Below are positions 8,665 through 17,654 of a stretch of 64,000 nucleotides of DNA, piece after piece (position 1 is the first letter of the stretch; every line of letters begins with the position of its first letter). The translations under genes were made by a program, and so were the position numbers. The stretch lies in the IMG/VR virus record IMGVR_UViG_3300029429_000001, positions 29,965 through 93,964 of that record; one strand, given 5' to 3'. The stretch comes from a virus. The notes under the pieces were generated by a model, which did not search any database, was not told the DNA's origin, and saw only the letters and a program-made list of their open reading frames with translations.

Positions 8665-8751
8665 AAATTCTATTTTTTCATAATGCGATTTATTAAATCG
8701 TCGGTAGCCTGCCGTGCTGCTTTCTCCACCTGGGCTTCACGCTTTTTCTCT

Positions 8752-9036
8752 TTAATTCTCGACCTGCCTAGGAAACCCGACCGGTATTGCTTTTCTGGCT
8801 TCATCATTGTTTTTCTTCTTAACGTACTTACGCATTTCGCCCTGCAGGTAAGTATTTGCATGGCCCCGCCTGTCCGGATTTTCTTTATCTAAATAAATCA
8901 GTTCGTACCTGGCCGAAACTTCGGCTTTACGCTCCAGGGGTATGGCCGACATTCGACCTAAAACAAATTTTTTGTCACTGTCTTTGCCCCTGGAATGGTA
9001 GAACCTGGGGTAGTCCGTATGCCGCTCTTTAGCCAC
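8752..9036 (-). CDS. hypothetical basic protein
   Basis: GTG start abuts the upstream stop codon. Confidence 0.6.
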   Translation of the reverse strand: MAKERHTDYPRFYHSRGKDSDKKFVLGRMSAIPLERKAEVSARYELIYLDKENPDRRGHANTYLQGEMRKYVKKKNNDEARKAIPVGFPRQVEN

Positions 9037-9222
9037 TTAAAACGGATGCCAATGAACCACTGCCGCGAAATGTGCCAGGCTCGCAAGCTGCGCCGGCAAG
9101 TGCCAGCCCCGGCGCCCTTCCGGAAACATATTCGTTAATCCGCAAAATCCGATAAGGGTGAAAACCAACCACATCGAAAAACCGAGCCAAAATCCCCACC
9201 CTATACCCTGTAAAGCTTCCAT
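9037..9222 (-). CDS. small two-TM membrane protein
   Basis: GAGG RBS; hydrophobic. Confidence 0.6.
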   Translation of the reverse strand: MEALQGIGWGFWLGFSMWLVFTLIGFCGLTNMFPEGRRGWHLPAQLASLAHFAAVVHWHPF

Positions 9223-9256
9223 CTTTCAAACCTCTAAATGCGAATGATTCTCATTC

Positions 9257-9847
9257 TCAAAACGGAATATCATCATCAAAATCATCAAACGAATTGCTTG
9301 GCTGGGCTTGTGGTGCGGCCTGTGGCGCTGCCGGTGCCTGCTGAGTGTGGCGCGGCTGCTGCTGTGGCGCCTGCTGAGGCTGAGCATATTGCTGGGCCGG
9401 TTGCTGTCGCTGAGCAGGTTGCTGATACGCTGGCTGCTGCTGAGGTGCGGCTGGTTGCTGATAAGCCGGCTGCTGTTGCGGCGCCTGGTACCCGCCCTGG
9501 TTATCGGCAGGACGGCTATCAAGCATGGTCATTTCATTAGCGATGATTTTAGTGCTGTATCGCTTAATGCCGTCTTTTTCGTATTCGTCGGTGCGCAGCT
9601 TGCCTTCGATGTAACACTTGCTGCCTTTTTTCAGGTACTCGCCAATGATCTCAGCCAGGCGGCCAAACGCTTCTACGCGGTGCCATTCGGTTTTATCTAC
9701 CTGTTGGCCTGTGTTCTTATCTTTATAGCCCTCATCAGTTGCCAGGCTCATGCTGACTACCGCGTTACCATTGGGCAGAAATCGCATTTCAGGATCACGG
9801 CCCAATGTGCCGATCAAAATCATTTTATTAATAGACCCTCGGGCCAT
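9257..9847 (-). CDS. ssb: single-stranded DNA-binding protein
   Basis: [17 protein letters not shown] fold, TEWHRV, Q/P-rich linker, DFDDDIPF tail. Confidence 0.97.
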   Translation of the reverse strand: MARGSINKMILIGTLGRDPEMRFLPNGNAVVSMSLATDEGYKDKNTGQQVDKTEWHRVEAFGRLAEIIGEYLKKGSKCYIEGKLRTDEYEKDGIKRYSTKIIANEMTMLDSRPADNQGGYQAPQQQPAYQQPAAPQQQPAYQQPAQRQQPAQQYAQPQQAPQQQPRHTQQAPAAPQAAPQAQPSNSFDDFDDDIPF

Positions 9848-9872
9848 AATCACTCTCCTCAAAAATTAAAAC

Positions 9873-10187
9873 GGGTTGACGGCCGTATTAATGGCCTCCC
9901 GGCCTCCTGTGTTAAGCCGGTCGGTTCCGTCAACCCATAGCAATGAACTCAAACCCCAGGCTAATTTCTTCAGCCTCTCACCCTAGGTAGCGGGTGATTC
10001 AATTTGTTTTCAGGTCCGAACCCATTGCTATGGATTGAAATGAATTGGCCGCATCAATCCCAAACACAGGCCCCCCGCTGAAAACCTGTAAGGGCCGGCC
10101 AACTCATAAAGGAGAATTATTGGGCGGTCGGCGGTTTGGGTCGGTTGTGGTTGCCGGTACCCTGTGAGAGGTAGGCCCGGATTATTC
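9873..10187. ncRNA. cluster of structured RNA (or ssDNA) elements upstream of ssb
   Basis: Four consecutive inverted-repeat domains, two of them three-way junctions; no ORF. Confidence 0.5.
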
Positions 10188-10329
10188 ACGGTTGACTCAG
10201 ATTGCAATTGCCAAAAACTCTCGTTTATAAGCCCTAAGCTGCCACTAGCAATAGCTCAGGTAATTCATTCATTTATCTATTCTCATCGATCAGCCCAACT
10301 AGACAGATCGCGTCATTCTACAGGATAAA

Positions 10330-10390
10330 AATACCGATTAAACCTCTAAATAGTATTGATATGGTATTAAAACGATATCTTTTTGATACT
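10330..10390. repeat. 11-bp-phased RRTAYY array A
   Basis: Hexamers at 10330, 10352, 10363, 10374, 10385 (degenerate at 10341). Confidence 0.75.
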
Positions 10391-10394
10391 TTTG

Positions 10395-11018
10395 TCAGTT
10401 AACCGATTTCATGACTGAGCCCGATCTTTCAACGTCATCACAGCAAGCAAATAGCACATTACCTATTGAGGGGTGCATGAGCCTGGCGACTCGATCGAGC
10501 ACTTCGAGTTTAATCTCGCTGGAGAATTCACCTGCCGGTACCGGCATCATGACGCTCTCAAATTTCTTGAGCGCTGCCTCTAAATCTGCCGGGATCAAAC
10601 TAACCTCAGAGCTATTTTGCTTGGACATATCGACTTCCTTTTTAGCTGGTTCTGAAGTCTTGAATGCGACCTCTCTTGGCCGGACTGTACTCTTAATAAT
10701 TACCGGTGCCGGCGCGGCCTTTTTAGGCTGCACTTTCTTGGCTGGCTGTACTTTTTTGATTGGCTGTTTTTTCTTTGCCGGCGCGATCTTGGCTGGCGGC
10801 TCTTTCGGACCTGGACCTATGGGATTGGTACTCAGTACTTCACCCAGGATATAAACCCTGCCGACTTTCATTAATTTCCCCTCATGAACAAGGGTCCTAA
10901 TGGTCATGCTGACTTCTTCACGGGATTCGGTCATATCCGTGCTTTCGTAAATACCCAGGGATGCCAGGCCCAAACTGGATTCTTTAACCGCGGCTATAAT
11001 TTCTTCATCTAGGGTCAT
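10395..11018 (-). CDS. hypothetical protein with N-terminal wHTH-like domain and K/P/A linker
   Basis: ATGA overlap at 11018; EVSMTIRTLVHEGKLMKVG. Confidence 0.65.
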   Translation of the reverse strand: MTLDEEIIAAVKESSLGLASLGIYESTDMTESREEVSMTIRTLVHEGKLMKVGRVYILGEVLSTNPIGPGPKEPPAKIAPAKKKQPIKKVQPAKKVQPKKAAPAPVIIKSTVRPREVAFKTSEPAKKEVDMSKQNSSEVSLIPADLEAALKKFESVMMPVPAGEFSSEIKLEVLDRVARLMHPSIGNVLFACCDDVERSGSVMKSVN

Positions 11019-11662
11019 GGATTCACCTGGCACAATTCCAGGGGATCTGTGCCCAGGCGCAAACCTTTAACGGCCGTCCGGATCTCATCAAACATCAACT
11101 GAAACGATTCTCTAGGCTTGCCCTCTTCATTGTGTACATCTATGAAAACAACATCAGGATAATCATCTGGGTTAATGTAATACCGGGAATCCTTAGCGCG
11201 CTTTTCGGTTGCCTCATACGAGTAGCCGTCCCGAAACACTCGGACCACGATCACGCTATTACCCGGCGCCTTATTGGCTACCACTGCCAGCTCTTCATTA
11301 AATCCAAGATCACTATAAGCGGCGCCATTAACCGCCCTCATGGATTCCCTGCAAACAGACTCAGCAAAGTAGCCTTGGCCAAAATTGGGTTTAATGAATG
11401 TTTCTGCAATCAAGATCTGCAGGCTGCGGCAGCTATGGCCGAGCAATTGAGGTCTAACTAATTCTTTATCTTCACGGTACCACTCCTCCCACTGCCCCTG
11501 ACCTAAGCCAGTAAGTGCCAGGCAGAGATTAATTACCTGCGCCTTGAATTCAAAAGCACTGGCATGAGTGGCATCCACCAGCATGGCGACCAAAGTATCT
11601 TTGCCGGCACTAGGGGGCGCATTAAATGCGATATGGATTCCAGCGAGGCTAAACGGTTTCAT
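11015..11662 (-). CDS. deoxynucleoside monophosphate kinase
   Basis: P-loop NAPPSAGKDT, SDLGFNEE, DSRYY typical of phage dNMP kinases. Confidence 0.8.
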   Translation of the reverse strand: MKPFSLAGIHIAFNAPPSAGKDTLVAMLVDATHASAFEFKAQVINLCLALTGLGQGQWEEWYREDKELVRPQLLGHSCRSLQILIAETFIKPNFGQGYFAESVCRESMRAVNGAAYSDLGFNEELAVVANKAPGNSVIVVRVFRDGYSYEATEKRAKDSRYYINPDDYPDVVFIDVHNEEGKPRESFQLMFDEIRTAVKGLRLGTDPLELCQVNP

Positions 11663-12551
11663 TTTTAGCCATCGACGCCGCTAGGGCTTTATCCAGGCCG
11701 CCCATTGAGGTAGTTAGATCGTTTAAGAATTGCGAGATCCAGGCGAGAAATACGCCGAATTCATGGTAAAAACGGGACTCTTGATCTTCACCAGGCAGGC
11801 TATCGTCATCGCCAATAGACTTGATCGATTTCATTACCAGGTCACTATCCAGCTTAAACGTGACCATTTCACGCCAGCTAACCTTGGCGCTCTGCACTAA
11901 AAAGCCGTCATCTAAGGCCTGTCTAACCAGGTCGGATTTAACCTCAATGTCACTAGATGAAAACTTACCGCCCTCTTCATCCTCAAAAGCCAATTGGTTA
12001 ATCATTTCAAAATCAGGGGGAGTCTCATCAGATAACCAGTGTGTCATCTCATGGGCTGGATCTCGCTCAGTTCTGGGCAGGCTGACAGCCAGGGAGCCCA
12101 GTGTTTCGCGTAAATAAGCTGTTATGTCATCCGCCAGCACTCCGGAGGAACACATAACCAACAGGCGGCCGTCGCGATTCATGATCACAACGGGAACAAT
12201 CGTATTTTTTACCCAGGACTGGGGCAGTAACTCAAGAATAAGCTCTTCTTTCATTTGCATTCGCAGCTTGCGGCTAGGCTTAAACCCTTCCCGCTCTTCA
12301 AAAGCTTCAAGTTTTTCCTGCAGAAAATCACTAACAACACTGGCGGGCAATAAGCGCTTTTGCTGCTTAAACATGATCAACTGGCAGTTACTTTGCTCAA
12401 TAACAAAGCTAGAACCAGGTAACGGCGGTACCCAGCCTTGAGACACTTGCTGGGTTTTTTCGCAGGGAGCGAATTTTTTAGATTCTATTTTTTCTTCTGG
12501 TAAAACTATCTGTCCCTTGGACACATACCAGATACAACTTTTCGCCTGCAT
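11649..12551 (-). CDS. rdgC: recombination-associated protein RdgC
   Basis: FAPC...SQGWVPP, LLPASVV, LLPQ, LRETLGSL motifs; start probably ATG 12551. Confidence 0.92.
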   Translation of the reverse strand: MQAKSCIWYVSKGQIVLPEEKIESKKFAPCEKTQQVSQGWVPPLPGSSFVIEQSNCQLIMFKQQKRLLPASVVSDFLQEKLEAFEEREGFKPSRKLRMQMKEELILELLPQSWVKNTIVPVVIMNRDGRLLVMCSSGVLADDITAYLRETLGSLAVSLPRTERDPAHEMTHWLSDETPPDFEMINQLAFEDEEGGKFSSSDIEVKSDLVRQALDDGFLVQSAKVSWREMVTFKLDSDLVMKSIKSIGDDDSLPGEDQESRFYHEFGVFLAWISQFLNDLTTSMGGLDKALAASMAKNETV

Positions 12552-12698
12552 TGCCGTTACTCTGCAAAATTCATTAATACCCAATGGACCATCTAATCCA
12601 TCGGATCACGCACTAAAGCGCATAGGTGGTTAGCTCAGATCGGTTTTCACCACAAAAAAAGATCTTACTGCTGGGTATGAGCTAACCCCTATGAACTC

Positions 12699-13037
12699 TC
12701 ACCTGGTTTGTTTTACCAGGGACAAAACTATTACAACCGCCAGCATCAAGCTTGCTGACACCTCATGGTGGTTTGCTGCCCCATGATGGAATAACGCCAT
12801 CGCCACCAGGCAGATAAAACCCTTACCCATGATCGTTGAAGACTTAGCCGGCAGATTAAATTCAAAGCGCCCTTTCAAAAGCCCTTCAACCACGCCAAAC
12901 AATATAACCGCACATAGCAATGAGAGGCCTGCTGGCCAATGGACAATGAGCAGACTTAAGACAATGACGCCAAAAACCGCCATGAGTACCGCTGCCGGGT
13001 CTTCAAAGCTCCCCGAAAACCTGTTTAACCATTTCAT
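12699..13037 (-). CDS. multi-TM membrane protein
   Basis: About four hydrophobic helices. Confidence 0.65.
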   Translation of the reverse strand: MKWLNRFSGSFEDPAAVLMAVFGVIVLSLLIVHWPAGLSLLCAVILFGVVEGLLKGRFEFNLPAKSSTIMGKGFICLVAMALFHHGAANHHEVSASLMLAVVIVLSLVKQTR

Positions 13038-13073
13038 TTACTGAGCCTCAAAATAGATAACGGTATAAGTACC

Positions 13074-13571
13074 TTAAATCCTTATCCAGCCTCGGGCGAT
13101 CAATGCGGCCTCCAGCTGCGGGTATATCAGGCCTTTCGTGACCATATCGGAATCTGCACGCATCAGGGCTATACCAGCCATCACAGCGTGATTACCCTTC
13201 TCACAGTCCCGTTGATAGCCATCAGGCGTTAAGTGCCCGCTAATCGCCGTAGAACCGTCTTTACGCTTTTGCCCATGGTTTCTAGTGCCACCATCGACTT
13301 CGAGCGCCAGCCTGTAATCAGGCCAGTAAAAATCTAGTCTCCATTTCCGAGTATCATGAAACTTAAACTCGGAAATCGGACCAGGGAGGTTTAAGGCCCT
13401 CAGATCCCTAAGGAACCGAAGTTCAAGAGGTGATCTGGTTTTTTTATTTAGCCTAGGGTGTTTGGCAGTTCCGTTTTTTGAACCTGAAACATTGCGGTGC
13501 TTCGATTCTGGAATTTTGACTTTGCCTGAAGAGATGAGCATATCCAGCTCAGCTTGCTTCAATCGAGTCAT
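13074..13571 (-). CDS. DUF559/Vsr-like PD-(D/E)XK endonuclease
   Basis: EFKFHDTRKWRLDFYWP...LEVDGG...RDCEKGN. Confidence 0.82.
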   Translation of the reverse strand: MTRLKQAELDMLISSGKVKIPESKHRNVSGSKNGTAKHPRLNKKTRSPLELRFLRDLRALNLPGPISEFKFHDTRKWRLDFYWPDYRLALEVDGGTRNHGQKRKDGSTAISGHLTPDGYQRDCEKGNHAVMAGIALMRADSDMVTKGLIYPQLEAALIARGWIRI

Positions 13572-13612
13572 GCCTTAAACCTCATTGGTCGATTTGAGAA
13601 GCATACCGGAAG

Positions 13613-13629
13613 TGTGCATGTGTTGCACA
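13613..13629. promoter_or_regulatory. operator TGTGCA-N5-TGCACA
   Basis: Perfect arms upstream of the long leftward operon. Confidence 0.65.
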
Positions 13630-13789
13630 CGGTCTATTTGACAGGAATTGTATTTATTGATTACTGATTATTTTATATACATTGAAACTTGCGAAGGGGT
13701 TGAGGCAAGGGGAGGGTTAAAATTTAGGACTAAAAAGGATTAAAAAGGAGGGGATTACGCTAAAATGGCTACAGGCCCCGTGGTTACTG

Positions 13790-14148
13790 GGTGTATAACT
13801 TTCAATCCTACCGCAAAGCATCCACCTTTCCTACCGCAAAACTACTGGATAGCCTACTCCAAAACATCCAGCAAACCTACCGCGTAGCATTCACTGTATG
13901 TATAACCCGAGCAGTTACGCACAGCTTAATCACAATGTTCTCCACAGAAAATGGGGGTAACTGGCTAATATTCATATCCTGGTGCCAGTTATCCACGCTA
14001 AATCCAGCAAACCTACCGCAAAGCATCTAGGCAATTTGGTTATATACAGTAGTTTTTTGATCAATAAACACTCCCCTACCGCAAAACATCCAGCAAACCT
14101 ACCGCAAAACATCCTGCATTTTGGCGGTTACTAACAGGTTTATGCACA
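13790..14148. other. iteron plasmid origin (18-bp iterons plus DnaA boxes)
   Basis: CCTACCGCAAAACATCCA-like iterons at 13807, 13830, 13853, 13876, 14012, 14075, 14098; DnaA-box-like TTCTCCACA 13938, TTATCCACG 13989, TTATATACA 14040, TTATGCACA 14140. Confidence 0.85.
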
Positions 14149-14444
14149 AACAAAAGACTAAAAAACCTTTAAGTAAATGTCATATAACACATTAAAGGAG
14201 GCTTAAAGCGTCAAATAATAGGGTCGGTTTATAGCTGAATTAGGGATTTCAGTGGCACACTGAGGTCGTCTATTCTGCTCTAAATCGATCAAACAACCGA
14301 TAGGGCGTTAGGCTAAACTACTACTTTAGTGCTGGATTATGACTTTGCAGTATAAGACTTAAGAAGAGCATACCCTGCAGGCCCCTAAACATAGGGGGGC
14401 TTGTGCTGGAATTCGTAGTAAGACCATCAGGAATGGAGCGTCGC

Positions 14445-14596
14445 ACTATCAATAAGTTGATAGTGGCACTACACCCGCTCGAAGGGGGACTATCAAAAAG
14501 TTGATAACGCCACTACGAAACCTCGATACGGGACTATCAATAAGTTGATAGTCCCGAGCTAATATATTAACCTGCCATTATCAGTTAATTGATAAT
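14445..14596. repeat. four 20-bp palindromes at a 44-bp period upstream of repL
   Basis: ACTATCAATAAGTTGATAGT-like units at 14445, 14489, 14533, 14577. Confidence 0.85.
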
Positions 14597-14608
14597 GAGA
14601 CGCTTAAT

Positions 14609-15166
14609 ATGTCAACGACAACCCCAAGACATGAAATAAACCCCTTTCTAGTGGGAATGGACGTAACCGTAGGGTCCTCACAGGTTAGAATCTCCACTCT
14701 TGGTAAAGATGATAACATCATGATTAACCAGTCCACAGGAGAGGTCACAGGCACTCACATAGTGGCGAGAAAGAAGATAGACAAGACTAAATTTGTTAAA
14801 ACCTTCGCAGATTACATTTCTTTTACATTCGACTTAACAAAAGCAGGCAATAAGGCCTTGCGAGTAGTCATGTGGGCCATTAAAGAGAACGCGATAGGAA
14901 AGGACCAGGTTGTTCTAGATAAGTACACTCATGAAGCTTTCATGAGCCACCACAGCGACCAAGAACCGCCGTTAGTCCTGAGTAAGCCTACATTTGGGCG
15001 GGGGCTTGGTGAATTAGAAAAAGCCAAGATTATCGCAAAAGCTAAACGCATTGGAACTTACTTTATTAATCCAAACTGCATATTTAATGGCGATCGTGTG
15101 GCGTTCACAACGATCCTAGAAAACAGCAATAGTGACGATACCCAATCACAAGGATCACTGATATAG
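14609..15166 (+). CDS. repL: RepL-family replication/maintenance protein
   Basis: NPF...TGEV...FVK.F, wHTH TFGRGLGELEKAKII, YFINPNCIFNGDR motif. Confidence 0.82.
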   Translation: MSTTTPRHEINPFLVGMDVTVGSSQVRISTLGKDDNIMINQSTGEVTGTHIVARKKIDKTKFVKTFADYISFTFDLTKAGNKALRVVMWAIKENAIGKDQVVLDKYTHEAFMSHHSDQEPPLVLSKPTFGRGLGELEKAKIIAKAKRIGTYFINPNCIFNGDRVAFTTILENSNSDDTQSQGSLI

Positions 15167-15208
15167 CTGCATGTGGCGGGCTTATTAGGCCGTAACCCGC
15201 CCTGCATT

Positions 15209-15257
15209 CCTACCGCAAAACATCCAGCCCCAAAGCATTCCTACCGCAAAACATCCA
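15209..15257. repeat. two more 18-bp iterons
   Basis: CCTACCGCAAAACATCCA at 15209 and 15240. Confidence 0.85.
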
Positions 15258-15305
15258 GGGCATAATCGCCAGGCAAAAAAATAGAGGCTTAAAGCCTCTT
15301 ATTTA

Positions 15306-16439
15306 CTACGCGAACTGTATCTCATCGGTTTCTGGCTCCATGGCCTTATCTGGCTTAGGTAACTTGCCTGGACTCCATTTCTTGGCTTTCTTCATTTCCT
15401 TAAGCCCCCTGGCATCGTCTAGCCAGTGTTTCGTCTTAACCCTGCCTGTAAAGTCTTTATGAGCCCATACAGTGACGATTCGATCTTCTATCTTGGTGCG
15501 ACCGCCTAGGCCACTAACCTTAGCCGTTTTATTTTCGATATTGTATGCGCGGATAACATTGTTTTTCTTAAGGTCCTCCAGGGCCATTTTCAACTTACCC
15601 CAACTCTTGCTCGGGTTTTTTTCATAAAACCCAATACAGCTGTTTTCAAGATATTTCCTGGCCGCAAAATTGTATTGAGTTTTATGGCCGGCCTGGCGGA
15701 ATTTATAACTTAGGGTCTTTATCAGGTCTATTGCTAGATCTTCATTGAGCTTGCCCTGCAGCTCAATGTCATGAGCACAGTAATCACCTAGTGCAATGTC
15801 GCGAGCAAACGCCCAGTGAAATTCGCAATAACTTTTTGATTCCCGATCAGCCCTGTACATTTGTGCTGTGATCAGAGTTAGGTTGCTAATGCGCGTATTA
15901 ACATTGGAGTGCGTAGCAGCATCAGAATTTTGAGCCATCATAGGCAGGTCAATCGAGCTTCTAGCCAGTGTGTTTAGGGACTCTCGGATCTGCGCTACAG
16001 AATATTTCGTATCGAATATGTCCATAATCACGGTCCTAATTCCCTGGAGCGTAAAGGTAACGCCGATCTGGAGTTTATCCTTTTTCGGTACTGCGGCGCC
16101 TTGAGATGCCAGGTAGGCCAGAGCATCCTCCACCCTATCCTCTCGTATGCTGGGGTTGCGGATTACATCTGATTTAACGGAGACGCCATTAACCATCTTT
16201 GTAATAGGTATTATCGCCGCACTCACACTGTATTCAATAGGACCATCAGGGCCCTTAAATTCACGGTATTGAATATGATTGCCATTGGCACGGCGAAAAA
16301 CGCGCTTAGTTAACTGGCTATACATGCCCGTTATATTGGTCAGGCTATCTGCTTTTTCTTCAGCCAGCCCTAGGTTGGTGAAAATATTTAGCTGGCGCTC
16401 AAAATCATCAACCACAACTGGCAGATTATTACCCGGCAT
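15306..16439 (-). CDS. repA: plasmid replication initiator (RepA-like)
   Basis: PSIREDRVEDALAYLA...GVTFTL...YSVAQIRESL resembles large-plasmid initiators; adjacent to iterons. Confidence 0.72.
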   Translation of the reverse strand: MPGNNLPVVVDDFERQLNIFTNLGLAEEKADSLTNITGMYSQLTKRVFRRANGNHIQYREFKGPDGPIEYSVSAAIIPITKMVNGVSVKSDVIRNPSIREDRVEDALAYLASQGAAVPKKDKLQIGVTFTLQGIRTVIMDIFDTKYSVAQIRESLNTLARSSIDLPMMAQNSDAATHSNVNTRISNLTLITAQMYRADRESKSYCEFHWAFARDIALGDYCAHDIELQGKLNEDLAIDLIKTLSYKFRQAGHKTQYNFAARKYLENSCIGFYEKNPSKSWGKLKMALEDLKKNNVIRAYNIENKTAKVSGLGGRTKIEDRIVTVWAHKDFTGRVKTKHWLDDARGLKEMKKAKKWSPGKLPKPDKAMEPETDEIQFA

Positions 16440-16998
16440 CCTTAAACTCCTTTATTGATTCTGGTGGCGCCAATAGGCAAGTGGTTTCAAGTACAGAGAA
16501 GCCGGCCATGCGCAGCATCTTTTCCCATAGAAGGAATTGAATACCTGGACCATGATTTTTAAAATAGTTATAGAAGACACGACGGCGAAAACCAGTTTTT
16601 AAAGCAAGTTGAATAACTGGGATTTCTTCTCCTTCCGGAGTCAAAAGCATTTCTTTAAGCGCTCTTACTTGGTGGCCGGTAGGTGGCGCCCAAACAGATC
16701 CAGACTCCATAAGAGTCGTATCCGGATTACACCAGATAGAAAAACGTCGTTGCTTGTTTTTTTCACGGAAATAAAGAGGGGTATTTTTAACTTCCCCCTG
16801 GATATTCAATAGAGCGTCGGGCACTTCAGGGTGATTCGACTTAACGATTAAACGGCAGGGATCGATTTCTGAAGAGGCTAGCGCATATCGTAAATAGCGC
16901 TTTTCGGCTTTTACAGGGTCACTTGTTTCAACGAGAGCGTGTTTTACTCCTGGTGACTCAAGGTATTCTTTGTATATTTCTATGTTGTTGTTATTCAA
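16429..16998 (-). CDS. protein with C-terminal KorC-like HTH
   Basis: WAPPTGHQVRAL...IQFLLWEKMLRMAG resembles IncP KorC. Confidence 0.55.
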   Translation of the reverse strand: MNNNNIEIYKEYLESPGVKHALVETSDPVKAEKRYLRYALASSEIDPCRLIVKSNHPEVPDALLNIQGEVKNTPLYFREKNKQRRFSIWCNPDTTLMESGSVWAPPTGHQVRALKEMLLTPEGEEIPVIQLALKTGFRRRVFYNYFKNHGPGIQFLLWEKMLRMAGFSVLETTCLLAPPESIKEFKDAG

Positions 16999-17045
16999 TG
17001 TCTAAACTCCGGCATGAGTTTTATAGCGGTTTGCAGGGTACTCTA

Positions 17046-17062
17046 TGTGCAACAGGTGCACA
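17046..17062. promoter_or_regulatory. operator TGTGCA-N5-TGCACA
   Basis: Perfect arms upstream of the korC-like/repA operon. Confidence 0.65.
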
Positions 17063-17085
17063 ATAAAGCCCCTTAATTAACAGCC

Positions 17086-17625
17086 CTAATCTAGGACCAT
17101 CTCCTTGTCTGATGGCGGCTCACCATCTAATCCATCTATCGCTTGATCCACTTTCTCTTTATCACAATGAGACAATTGCTCTTTCACAGAGTGCATTTGC
17201 TTGTTGTTTATATAGAGAGAGTCGAAAGTTTTGTTTCTTTTATTGATCAAGTGCTTTTGAAGAAACACCAGGGCAATTGTTCTTAGGTCCTCTCGCTCTT
17301 CCAGGTCAGGGAAAAATTTATTCCTCGATATGGACAGATAGGCCCGTGATGGGCTGTTTTCTTCTCGCTTAGCCGATTCACCATCAACCGTAACCCATAG
17401 GCGATTATTACGTTTTTTTAGAAATCTATGTATCAGCTGGCGAGCGTAAGAGTGGTTAGGCTGATTTTTACGATTCAAAATACCGTAACTAACAGCCAAG
17501 TCTTTAACCGACACTTCAGTATGATGAAGGTATATGTAGGACATTATCTTGCTTGTATCTTCATCGTAAGATCGATTCACACGATTCCTATTTTCGTCTA
17601 TTGAATTAATTACATCGTCACTCAT
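17086..17625 (-). CDS. hypothetical protein, possibly DNA-binding
   Basis: GGAG RBS; wHTH-like N-terminal half. Confidence 0.65.
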   Translation of the reverse strand: MSDDVINSIDENRNRVNRSYDEDTSKIMSYIYLHHTEVSVKDLAVSYGILNRKNQPNHSYARQLIHRFLKKRNNRLWVTVDGESAKREENSPSRAYLSISRNKFFPDLEEREDLRTIALVFLQKHLINKRNKTFDSLYINNKQMHSVKEQLSHCDKEKVDQAIDGLDGEPPSDKEMVLD

Positions 17626-17654
17626 TAAACTTTGCTCCAGGGCCCGTTAAGCCC

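Noticed and set aside
9300-9490. CAG-rich repeat as a separate element
   Set aside because: It encodes the normal Q/P-rich SSB linker.
9873-10032. Hammerhead ribozyme
   Set aside because: These are three-way junctions but lack the CUGAUGA/GAAA core.
13791-14030. 79-aa ORF in the origin
   Set aside because: It is a translation of iteron DNA.
13807-14115. CRISPR or ncRNA array
   Set aside because: A 23-bp period with 5-bp gaps, interspersed DnaA boxes and an adjacent rep gene indicate iterons.
14445-14596. CRISPR array
   Set aside because: The repeats are only 20 bp, the spacers are related to each other and to the repeat, there are no cas genes, and the position fits a replication origin.
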